Origin: Balanoglossus misakiensis
Lineage: Eukaryota > Animalia > Hemichordata
Direction of reading: 5' to 3'
Length of the DNA: 64,000 nucleotides
Assembly (NCBI GenBank): GCA_040954595.2
Contig: CM082577.2
Coordinates: forward strand, 1,736,001-1,800,000
The position numbers and the translations under genes were made by a program. Shown one piece after another: positions 1-12,400 of this stretch. The number at the start of each line of letters is the position of its first letter. The first letter of the stretch is position 1. The notes under the pieces were generated by a model. That model was not told the DNA's origin. It saw only the letters and a list, made by a program, of their open reading frames with translations, and searched no databases.

Positions 1-2863
1 GATGCGGCGGGATAATTGCACAGACTGGCATTCGTATTTTGCCATCTGCTGCTTACATCCCACGCAATGAATGTGTCATTCAATTTTTAATCATCCTGAT
101 GCGGGCAAGATCAAACTTTGATCAAAATCCAAACTTTGGGTGGCTCACACGTATGACAGGTGAGCATCGCAAATAAATCAGAGATGCATACATCCTCTGG
201 TTTCCCTGTTATGCAAACTTCTGCGCAGGTAAAGTAGCATTCTATGCATTGTATCCATGGCATTCTGATGATAACTTCCTAAATCATCTTGCACATTTTC
301 AAAATTTGGGTGCACCACAAACTCAGGAATAGGTGGGTGGGGGGGGGGGGGGTCAGAATGACAACTACCCCCCTTCCAGGTGACAATGAGGCACCAAGCT
401 ATAACTTAAATCAGACTACCATTCCCCCAGAGCAGGTGTTTCCTTGTGGGCAAACTTTTTATAATATAACTATAAAGCACACCGGTGCAGTAATATCCTG
501 TTTGTTGCATTACCGGGTTTTTAACTGCACTCTGAGATTAACAAAAAAACATACAAGGGTTCGTATCTCATGATGAATGTGAACGGATCAGACAGTCATT
601 ATTGGCCGTAAATCATCCCTTTTCCAGTGCACTGTGCAAATAATACTGCATGATTTTTTGTTAGATACTCCTTTCTCAAACATGAGATTACATCGAATCA
701 GAAAAGCAGAGACGCAGAGACTGTTATCAATTTTCCTTCTTCCTTTCTGTTTTCCTGCATGAGTTGATTTATTGTGCCTGCTTTTTGTGCAGCTACAGAA
801 CAGAGGAAATACAGTGAAAGAGCACGACTTGCTGCATTATTGACAAAATGAGCAGACCCGACCGGCTGGAAACATGGTCTTCCTTGTTGACTCACACTGA
901 TGATTCTGTCAAGTGCACTACACAATATACAAGTTTGACGTTTGGACGTTAGAGGGCTTTTTGTATAAAATTTTTAAGCCTGACATGGGATTGATAGAAG
1001 TGCAACTATAAGCCCCTGAAATTTCAGCAAGTTCTTTTATATGCAGGCAACTACATGTATATACACACATACTATTAGACACACATTTTCTAGTTTGTTA
1101 CATTGTACATGTAGGTGGTGTGTATACGTGCAGTTGTACGCTCAATCAATCTTTGAAGATTAAGAACTAACCAAGCTACAATAAGACAAAAAAACTTAAT
1201 ACACACCTCAGGAGAAGTATATAGTGTTGCCTTCAAACACAAAGTGAAACTAGGAGACCAGGATAAATCAAATTCTTGGTTCCCAGGAGGTGTATACATC
1301 ATTGTATTAAACACACAGATCCAACCGCCGGTCCTTAATTCACCCGTAATTTCACCGAGAGAAGAATCTAGCTGACGTAATTAAGGTTCTGGTTTGAATT
1401 GGTCTCACAAATTCCACTTACTGCTTCCAACAAACGACACATTGCTTTTCAATTAATAAAAGGTTTGGCCCTCAAAGGCACACTTTTTCAGCAATCCTGG
1501 TCAGGCTTTGACCCAAAGTGTAATAAATTACAAAATTTCCAGCAAGCTGGGGCCACAGTGGAAAGCTGAAGAAGCTTATACACAATCCATGTTTTCCTGC
1601 CAATTCAATAAGACTTATATACTCCTCTCTTTGAACTTTGTAATGATATGTCTCCGAGCAGAAAAGCAATCTCTGGTTGATTTCAACAAAATTACCAAAT
1701 AGATGTGACAGAGTATAAATCAAATGTAATGTCTCATAAATATATATAGAGCTCTGATCATCAAAGCAATGCATATTAAAATAGGAAAGAAAGATAATAG
1801 GAAGCTATGAAGGGGCAAAGAAGAGACTTGTTTGAATTTTAATAATCAAGTGTAATTTACAAGAACAGCTGCAGACAAAAGTGACGAGTCTGGGATATTG
1901 AAATTATTCTCTCCCTAATCCAAAGGTCTCCAGATCACGGAGGTGGGGTCTACAAGCTAAGACAGCTCTCACTGTATACACAAACATTTAGACCTCAGTT
2001 GTGCTTCAAACTGTTTGGACTGATTTTTTTCCAGCAAAGCGCAATGACCAGATTAATAACACAGTCTGTATAGTCACTACACTTTTCCCAAGCACCATCA
2101 AGTGTGTCTTCACACCTTGACAATATGCACACACACTCTCATCGGAAACATAATCACTAGATTGTGTGGCGTCAATATGCATCTCTACTACCTTTTAGTT
2201 CAAAATACATTGTATATAAAAATTCTATAAAATTAAATACATGCATATAAAAACTGATGCGAAATACTGGTAGCGACGACTATTAAAAAATGCCGTAAGA
2301 AATGGAACACTAAAATATTGAATTTAAATTCGATATCGAGTGAAATATCATGATTTTTAAGAGCTCTGACATTTGATCTGCAGTTAATATTACATTGTCT
2401 GGAGACTGGCAATGCATGCTGGGCTGTTATGAATGTGCCGACATCACAATCTGCCAAACATTGAGTCAGCTGTATTTCATTTTCACACCGTGTCCTCCTA
2501 ATTTACAATTCCAAATGATTTCATCAGTCTGCGCGTCATGCACGAACTGAGCTGTCCCCCTGGGAGGCCATCATCAAATATTCATGATGAGCTGGGAAAG
2601 TTCTTTCTGTACAAGACAGACGCACAATCGAGTTACTGGAGTTAAACTTCTTCTAAGGTGAAGGACTATACCCTGCATTAAAACTATGGGAATTTTTCTG
2701 GTATTTGAATATGATAACGTGAATAGTTACTTCTGATGAAATTGTGTAATTGCGCAATGAGGATTGCATCACCATGGAAACTCATCCGATGAGGAATTAG
2801 GTTTACGTTATCCATCGACAACTTGAATCAACAAATTCCAACTTTCTGCATTTTAATATGGTA

Positions 2864-3058
2864 CAGGAAAACCTGTCATTAGAGTCACATCTCTATAATC
2901 AGGACACCTTTTTTAATTGGACATGCAGATCTTCCAAGATGAAAGCTACATGTATACTTTGTAGTTTGAATAGAATGTGACCTGGTTTTTTTAAGGACAC
3001 CTCTCTATTCAGGACAGTCCCCGAAGGTGTCCTTAATAATAATAGACAGGTTTCATTG
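2864..3058. mobile_element. Short Tc1/mariner (pogo/Tigger-like) MITE
   Basis: TA-flanked on both sides; imperfect TIRs CAGGAAAACCTGTC / GACAGGTTTCATTG; internal repeated GGACACCT and CTCTAT..TCAGGACA motifs; no ORF. Confidence 0.6.
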
Positions 3059-3419
3059 TATATGAGATGAGATGAGATCCCAGCCCATGCATAGTTTAGT
3101 CATTTCTCATCTTGTAATAGCAGAAAAACTGGGACAGTTGCATTGTACAACAGCATCTCACTTAAAAGTTTATAAGTAAACCGTGTCTGAACAGAAATGA
3201 TGCGGCAGTTATTCATCTTTTATGACACTGCAAAATGTTACAAAGCTTCCTGCCTCGCTCAGAACTCGGATCCATTTCCACTTCAGTAAATGTTCCATTG
3301 CATCCTGAGCTGTAAATCATCACTTGAGGAGGCCATTAAACGGACAACTGATGTCAGGGCCCTGTCTGATCACCACAAAAGGAATAATTGTGCAGTCGTT
3401 GTGGGGAGAGATTTCTTAC

Positions 3420-6400
3420 CTCATGTGCGCCCTGTACTGCTCTTTCTGATCCTTGATGAATTTGCTGGTTGCCCGGGTACTCTCATCATACATCATCCGA
3501 TAACTCTCATCCAGCATCTTGACAGACTGGAAGGCGTCGTTGATGATTTCACGGTACGTTGGCGCATCCAGAGTGCAAGACGCGGTCAAGGAAAACGACA
3601 CGTTAAGTGTATCATTAAAATTTGCAAATAAATTGAAGACGCAATATGAGATATATGTATGAAAATTCGTAATTTCACTGACAGTGCAATTGTGCAGATC
3701 TTCATTATTGGGATTTAAAAACAGCAAAAAATGTTAAATGAATCATCCTGAAATCCATGTCAAATCCCGCAACATTCTATCCAACATATGTCTATAAGAT
3801 ATTGGAAGGTATACATGCACCATTCACGAAAAGAAAAATACCACAAATTTTGAAAATTATATGAAATATCAAAATGCTTTTTCTTCTATGATTCTGCTAT
3901 AAACCCGGCTTCTTAGCAGTTAAGAAACATTCTTTTTCCTGTTTAGTTCATGTATCAACAAAACATCTCCTTCCAGATGGAAATATTGCAGTGGGAATAC
4001 AAACTTGACGCAAACCAACACAGGTGTCTATACATGTATGTTATCCTTGTTTAGTTTAATCCCTTACGTGACACTTGCAATCTGCTGTCAATTTAGCATC
4101 AGTTACACACAACATTCAGAGTCCCAAGAGCAGTGCAGCATGGACGTATCAAAAAAACATGTATTCTGATTCCCACCTATGCCATTTTGAGGGTTATGGA
4201 CTTAATTTACATGTACCATTTGCAGAAGCATGTTTCATCTGAACCATCAAATTAAAATAATATCCAGGCCATGTTTAAATAAACAGCAACATTTCATGAC
4301 ATATTATCACTGACAACATATACTGTTTTCTTACAATTTATGACCATTGTCTGCCTTCCATACAGATGGCCTATTCAGCATTTGCGCTGCAAATACACAT
4401 ATTTTCACAGAACCAATAGTGCAAAAAGTCTTCTTTAGATGCTAATTTACTATGGTATTTTGATAAACCCATTATTGTACTATTGGACAAAGAATGCCAC
4501 CAAAATTCCCCAAGAGAAATTGTTTTCTCAGTAAATAATAAATACGGGCAAAAGAAAAGAATGCATTTTGTAATTTTTTGATGTCTGACAAAGATACACT
4601 GCTTCCCTGAACAAATAGCAAAATACATTATTTCAATCAGAGACAGGCCTGGAGCCTAGTTGAATGAATACATTAACTGACACAGTTGTTAACAAAAATG
4701 GTACTTTGTTCGGTATAAAACGACTGTTATGCTAAAAATCAATATTATTACTAAGAATGTCCTTGGCTGTTTCCTAATAATGATCCTGTGAGTTTTCCAA
4801 GCCATTCCCCTTCCACGGGCGATTTCAACTAAAACTTGTAATCAAACAGTGAACCAATTCTTACCATGTAAAATGGCCTAACCATGTTCATTTGTCAAGA
4901 AAAAAATCACTTATAGCTTGCAGCTCAAAGTGCTGATAACAAGGAAGTGGGGGAGATTAAATTTTCATTATAAATCGCACTATAGGCATCATTGTGATCG
5001 ACAATGCACTAAACAAAGGGACCATCTAGAACACATTTGGCGCTTAAGTCCTGATGAAAAAAAAAAATGCTTTTTAAGTTTTCTCCTCGGGAAAAAAACT
5101 CACAAGGAATCCCTTTCAACTAGTCTGAGTCATTTTCTGGCTGTTATTGATTCAAACTTTTTGCTCTCCAACTCCCCGCCTTCATTAACAGACCCGGCCG
5201 GTAATCTGATTAAATTGGGATTTCATTTCTCGGGAGACTGGCTCTTTCTCCTGCCGACAAAGACTCGAAGGCTGAGGGCGATAAATTAACTTTTGGCTAA
5301 TGCCCGTCCGATGAATGTAATATCAGCAATCGATTCAGTTGGTGCAATTGGATTTGCCCAAATAGTGCTCGATTTTGGATAATATGAGATTAATCCAATC
5401 ACAGAAAACCTGGTTCTTTCATATTACTGTTGCTTTTGTCGTATCAATCACCTGGATTTGAAATAATTATCATATTACCATATTTGGTAAGTGGATCAGT
5501 ATATTTGGTATGTGAATTACTATATTTGGCATATATTAAATTTGGAATTATTTACATTGTGAACATCAGGTATCTTGATGTGAACTGCAAATTTTTATTC
5601 AGAACTTTCAGGACTATTTTTTTAAGGGATAGTTATCAAGCCACTTAAAATAAAACAGCGAATCTTTCCTGATTCCATTGTGATAAGAATTTCACTTTAA
5701 GAGTTGATGCTGATTTGGAATGACAAGACTTTGCACGTGTTTTGAATCTTGTCCATGATAGGAACTTATGTGTACTACAAAACCTACAATATTGCTTTAA
5801 AGAAAGAAAATGTTCCAGTGTCAATAAAGACTTGTATTGAAAAGGAACCATTCTTTCGGAATCAATATTTCTCAATCCTGCAAAAGGGGAACTGCCAACG
5901 GGTAAGGAACAATGCTACTGTCTTATTTATATAATACACATCTTTGCCTGCCAGAAACAGATGTAATATCATTCAGACTGGGATAAAAACAAAATGCATC
6001 GACTTTTCTGGGTATACTGCAAATCGGTTTCCATAAATATTTAAGCAATGTCCTAGTATGGTCTATTAGGATGGGTAGATCCATAATGAAAAAGGTATAA
6101 ATTAGGTGACACGATATTTAGTTTAATTACCAAGTTAATTTCACACATCAACGAATCTGTTGTTCTGAGACGACTTCTCAGTCTCAGCCGAGAAGTCATT
6201 CAGCTGAAAGGGGGATATAATTTCTGTCTGGCTATATATAGGAATGATAGATAGAAATTGAGTTGCATCCATCACGACTCGCAGACAAATTGGAATCGTA
6301 TCTGGACAACTTTTTGTCACCAGTGTACACGGCCATGGGTGATTACAGCCGTAAATGAATCATCTGAGACCAGTGAATATTTCACCGCCTGATTTGTCGT

Positions 6401-9400
6401 CCTGAATACCTGATGAAATATGCAACGCATCCAAGAGGCACCGGAGATATAAAAAAAAAGTGTGAACCTATTTGTAAATAAGTGGCATTTTTCTGGATGT
6501 CCTCAGAAGGGAATATAAGGTGTGCGTTCGTTTCACGTCTGAGAGCCGCGCGCTCTGGCATGTAAATGAGAAATCTGTGAATTGGCACTTTCGTGGCAGC
6601 CCTTTGTTAATCAAATTGTCTGCAAACTGTACATGTTTGTATATTAAAAAGGTTTCCTGAAGAGTACGTTAAATTAAACAGCCATTTAAAATTTGTATTA
6701 AAGTTTTGCATACACAAGTCGCATGTCAAATCAATGCAAAGTGGGGGTAGCTCAACCTTGTCAAAAACATCTCAAAAGTTATTAAATTTTTACTCAAAAT
6801 GCTTTCAGTCTTACGTAATCGTACTTTCCTCTTTCAATGACTTAGAAATCTTTATTATTCTGAAGCTTGCTCGTCAGTGAAAGGCTTGACTCAGCCGTTG
6901 ATCTTTACCTTGCAGTCTGGTTTAGTGTATAGCTGTGCATGCCTGCTGCAGTTGCACTTTTCGTATTCACAAAAGATATTTACGTTGCCAGACATTGATG
7001 TGAACTTTATAAAGATGCCATGTAGAACACTCACAGTCACACTGAAAGTGCCTACTTCAGCATGTACTCAAAAGATGGCCACCAGTTCCGAACACAAAAA
7101 TTGTTTTGACCTAAAAAAGTGAAGACACGAGCTTATCGTTTGCGAAAATTTCCCATTTCACAGTATATGCCTAATCAAATCAGTCATACAGTGTAAATGG
7201 CATTCCTTACAAAAATCGAAAATGATGAAAGCCAGCCTCGGGACTTAATTAACCTCAAAAATATTTTTTGACTTTGTTATCCCAGGTCACAATCTGTACT
7301 CATCTGTACAAATTTGATTTTTTTAATGAGTGGTGTCATTTTGTCTTCTGGAATGCGAACTTCTGATTGCATATCAAATTATATTGAATACATTTTAATA
7401 CAATTATAGCCTTGCAATCAAACAATAAAAATCTCATTGGTATGCCATGCTGCATTTTATTCATTTGGACAGCTTGGTTTGTTTCAAGCTAACATTTATT
7501 TTAGGAAACACGTCTTGGTGAAAGATGTGACTGGCCAACAAAAACTGTTAATTTTGACACGTCAATGTGACACTTTTATTGGTACGTTCTTATTACTTCT
7601 AACCTTTAACTTGGCTGGTTATATCCTACAGCATCTCTGAAATGAAGCTTAACAGTTTGACAGTCAGATTTACCCAAACCAAAGATCCAATAGCTGCATC
7701 AAATACAGTTTCTTATTCAAATCTCTGAAGTGTGATGGAATGCCCTGCACTTCACTTAACCACTAATTCGCACATGTGCAGTCAGGATTGCTAATGTTGG
7801 GGAAAAGTGAATTTCTGCATTTGAATCTTACTTGCCAATGATGACCATGCACTGAAAAACTATTGCCTTTTTAGCATTCCGCGGGGAACAACCGGCGAAA
7901 CAAAAAATTGCCAAACACAGCCACAAGCTGCAGCTATAAATGTCCCCGTAAGTGCATGGTACGAACCCATTGATAAGACTCAATTTAGTCAAACCACAGA
8001 ATGGATCATGTAAAAAGGGGGACTCGGCAAATGTTTTGAGGATTACGGTTATTGAGCATTCAATAAGTGACTAAGCCACGCACACTTTTTTATCTGCTGT
8101 TTAATTGCTCTCCTCCATCATCGTTCATTCACTGCATGTACTGATGGTTTATCATGAGCAAAATGGATTCGAAGCCCACTTTCGCCATTCAACTCATATG
8201 ACCTCACAAGAATGATCAAGATCAAGGGCACATAGTCAGATCGGCATAAAGTACCACTCAACAGAAACCTGACATTGTCATTATTAGGCACGAGTAGTTG
8301 GAAGGTCAATGCAACATCAAAACAAATTACTATCACTGACGAAAACTCTAAATATGTTTAGTAGGTGTACTACGGGATCATCTCAATTTGGAAAGGCTAT
8401 GCCGTTTTCATTTCATAACTCTGTTGATTTTGACTCTTTAGCTGTCCTTTTTTTTTAATTTCTGGTCTAAATTGTAAATCAAGAACTAAAAGGGGAAACT
8501 GTACACTTCATCAGTTTGGCTATAAAATTTAAAACACCACCCATGACAAACAAAGCAAAATAAAAAGTGCTAACATGTCTACTTTTAAGATGCATGGGGG
8601 GGGGGGGAACTGTTAAGATAGGGGGAATAATGTTACTGTTTTACACACACTTTGGAAAGATAACGATCCTTCAATGCCTGGTTTCCGTCTCATTTTCAGC
8701 TAATTCTGACACGTTCACGTTACGAGGCTGCCGGATACACCTACACACTTCACACGCTAGAGTAGGAACCTTTTTTGATGGGCGCATAAAAACACGTCTC
8801 ATTTTTATAGCACCCCGGCAATACGCTGCCCACTCAAGCGCCGACTAACCGTAGCAGACGCACAGACAATAGGTGCGAAACTAATTAGGGGTACGCATCG
8901 ACTGATAGTGCGAGGCGAGCTTTTACCGCATTTTTCAATACCTGGTTTATACTGTCAGAGGTGGCGTATCCACTGCATAAAATGAGATAGCACTTCTTTT
9001 GAAGAGCCCATAAAAATGGATCTCACCTTGTCTTGAAAGACATGAATACATTCACACTGTATAAAGTCGTATGATGATATGCCGCAAAAGTACCATTGTC
9101 AGACAGCGCATGTGCCTTAGGCGTAACAATTCTTTTATTGAGGGGGGGGGGGGCGCTGGTGGGGAAACACAAATTTCTCTCTGCTTTCTAGCTAGGTTTA
9201 AACACTCCTGGAGAGCTACTAAGAACACAGTGCGCAGATCGATCGATGAAACGTCGTTGATGTGGAGCTGACCATGGATACACCGGTATTGCAATGCTTT
9301 CAACTCAGTGAACACTCGGCTAGCACTATTGAGCGATGCGTGCTGAGATTTTATGATTGATGTTCTTTACTGAATGAGACATACGCTTGCATATGGCTAG

Positions 9401-12400
9401 ATTTAATGTGAAACTTTGGATAAACAGATAAAAAATGGTTGAATTTATTTTCCTTGTATTCATGTTCCAAATTGCAAATCTGTGGTAGCTGAAGTTTTAT
9501 GTATAATTTAGAATGCTAAGATAGAAAGTTCACAAATGACATATATACTCCTGATTTGCACTCTGAACAAGACGGTTTCAAGGTAATGCACACACACGAA
9601 TAAAAGAATTTGTGCATCTGCACCTTTGCGGAACTGATACTGTCAACGCAGTCATGTTAGTCTTGCTTCGTTTGACTTGATTCATGCACATCACGTTGAC
9701 GTTTTAGGTCGGGATGCATTTAGCATCTTTAAACTCAGTCAACCGCGCGAGAGGGACCAACTTTACACCGGCACAGAAAGGGAACAGTTATGTCAGTCCC
9801 AGACACGTTGCTGTTTGGTTCAGACAGGGGTTGGACAGTAATCCCCCCCCCCTGCCCCTCAAAAAGAAATGCTTGTTCATTTGTCTTGTATAATGACAGT
9901 TGACACAAAGTTGTCTTGTTATTCACAAACCCCACAACCCTGTGTCATAGCAAGTACACTCCCCCTCCCCAACATGGCTTTCCCCAAAACAGCCACCCCA
10001 TAACTGAAAACATCACCAGTAAATGTGCACGTAATGGCAAAGGATATGGTGGCAGATTCCTGAGTTCAGTTCTCTGTACGACCACATTGGTTCCCACGTC
10101 ATAATGCAATCCCTTCTGATTCAGAAAGTGCGCCACCAATGGGCTCTGTCTGTGCACGTTGAACATAGTCTTGGCGAAGTCGGGTCCGCGACAGGCCGGA
10201 TGTGACTGAAAATTTAACCGAAACATTTAAGATCAAACATTGTGAAGTTGGACTCATTTATAATAAAACAATCATGAACGCATTGAAGCAATCTAAATTT
10301 AAGAAGATGGAAGGTCGGCTTAAAAGAAGTAATAAAGTAACAATTGCTATGCATACCAATACACCTGAAAGAAAATTTTATTGTGTATGTTCATTCACTA
10401 CACGCATTTCATGCTCACATCAAGTAGATCTGTACTAAGCTAATAAAATAAAAATGACTCCCTAATGAAGAGGCATTTACGGGGACAGGGAAGATTTAAT
10501 CAACAGATAGAAAGAAACAAGAATAAAATGTAAATAAAGAACACATTAATTAAGTCATTTATGCCTAGCCTGATAATTGAAAGCGAAAGAAAACCGATGT
10601 GACAAAGAAAAAAAACATTACAGTTTTCTTTGACGTATCAAAATATTCCACGCTAACAAGGTTGGCATCGGCAGCTGCTCCTCGTTACAGTCACCCTGCT
10701 GCGCAAAAATTGTGAAGAAAATTGGGGGTGGTCGCGTCTGGAATACAGCTGGAACCTGGTGCAGAAAGACTAATTTGATTTTCTGTGGGGAATAAATCTG
10801 TTTGGGTCACATCTATTGGTTTCAACCTGCTGAGGAATTGGTTGGCATATTGTTTTGTTTATTGATCCAGGCATAGCATCCCTAGCTCTGATATTCACAA
10901 GAAAGACACCGCCTCACAAATAAAATGTCTTTGCTCACTGATAGTATCACCAGTAAAGCCAATTATAATTTTATTTTTCGACATTTCTTCCCAATCTTTT
11001 GGTTAAAATCTCATTCATAAATCCAGCTGATGTGTGTGTTAAGTCTGTGTTGTTAAAATCCATGGTGAAATTCTTGATTTAATTTTAAGAGTGCACAATT
11101 TACTTTTTTCAAAGTATGTCATCATTAAAATTTATGTTGAAAATCGGGACAGAACAGAGAAAAAAGAGAAAAGAAAATAACCCGACAATGCATACCAAAC
11201 AGAACAGAACAGAACAGAACAGAACAGAATAGAAATATTCAAGAAAGTTGTGGTATCCCTACCTCCCTCTTTTTCTTGTCAGGTGGCTGTCTCATTGTAG
11301 ACATGGACGTGACATGGGTAATGCTGGCGTTGGATTGGTGGGCACCCTCTATACCGCTCTTGCTGCTCTTGGCACCGTCTTGCAACATGTCGCTCTCGGA
11401 CCTGATGGTGTTTCGGGGACTCTTAGAATGGCTGCTGCTCCTGTCTGGGCTTCGGTCTGGACTGCGGTGTCTGTACGGTTTCTGGAGTTTGTTGTCGGCC
11501 GCGAGTGACGGCCTGGGTCTGAAGGTGCTCTTCCGTGGGCTCCGCGAATACCTGCGCATGTGCATGTGCGGAGGTGCCGTATCCTCGGCCGTTTCGTCGT
11601 TCTCGAAAAACGTGTTTTCAGTGATGGGAGTCAGTGCGTCCGGCCGCATCTTCCCACCACCACCGCCAAACTCGGCGCCGTTGAGGCTCATCTTCGGCTT
11701 CACCCCCCGGTTGAGATTCCCCGCCCGCAAGCTCCGTGGCGAGATCTGCTTCTGAGCGTCAGACACTGAACCAATATAGTCACTCTCAGACTGGCTACTA
11801 CTCGTGGTGGTAGACGAGGCATTGCTCACTTTCGTATCCCGTCTGAGACTGGGCCTCCTACGCTCTGCAGCTTTGCCGTACTTTGTAGAAAGCACCATTG
11901 AGGATGTTGGGCTAGTGTCTGACACTGTCGATGCATCGTTACTCGACCGAGAACTTTCGATTGACAGGAAGTCCAAGTCCAGTATGTTCCCTTGAAAGAG
12001 TGAAAAAAAAAGCCTGTGAATAAATTCTCCCATCTAAACACAAATGCACGGATATAAAAGTGTACGTTATTACTTGTATCATCACACAGGATCAATTTTT
12101 ACCTTTCTTTGACTTGGAGATGGCCTCCGTTTTCTTCATTCCCGACGGCTCTAAATCTTTACTATTCCAGGCCATGTACGACCTTGGCATGGGTTTGACA
12201 CCAGAGATCCACTGGGACGTCAGGTCGCAGATATCGGACTTGAAAGTGTCGTCAAACTGTCGCCATGACGACGGGAATGCCTCGCAGAAACTGCTGTAAA
12301 TGCTCTGCGCCAGCACATCTGGGTAATTCTATGAATACAAAAGTATACATTCAGGCTTGCGTATGTCAATTGAACACTGGGCAAAGAGTTTCTATACAGT

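Noticed and set aside
1-3419. Terminal FAM227 exon(s)
   Set aside because: Phase-2 candidates (~2650, ~755) gave unconvincing peptides or weak acceptors; the gene probably continues beyond the window start.
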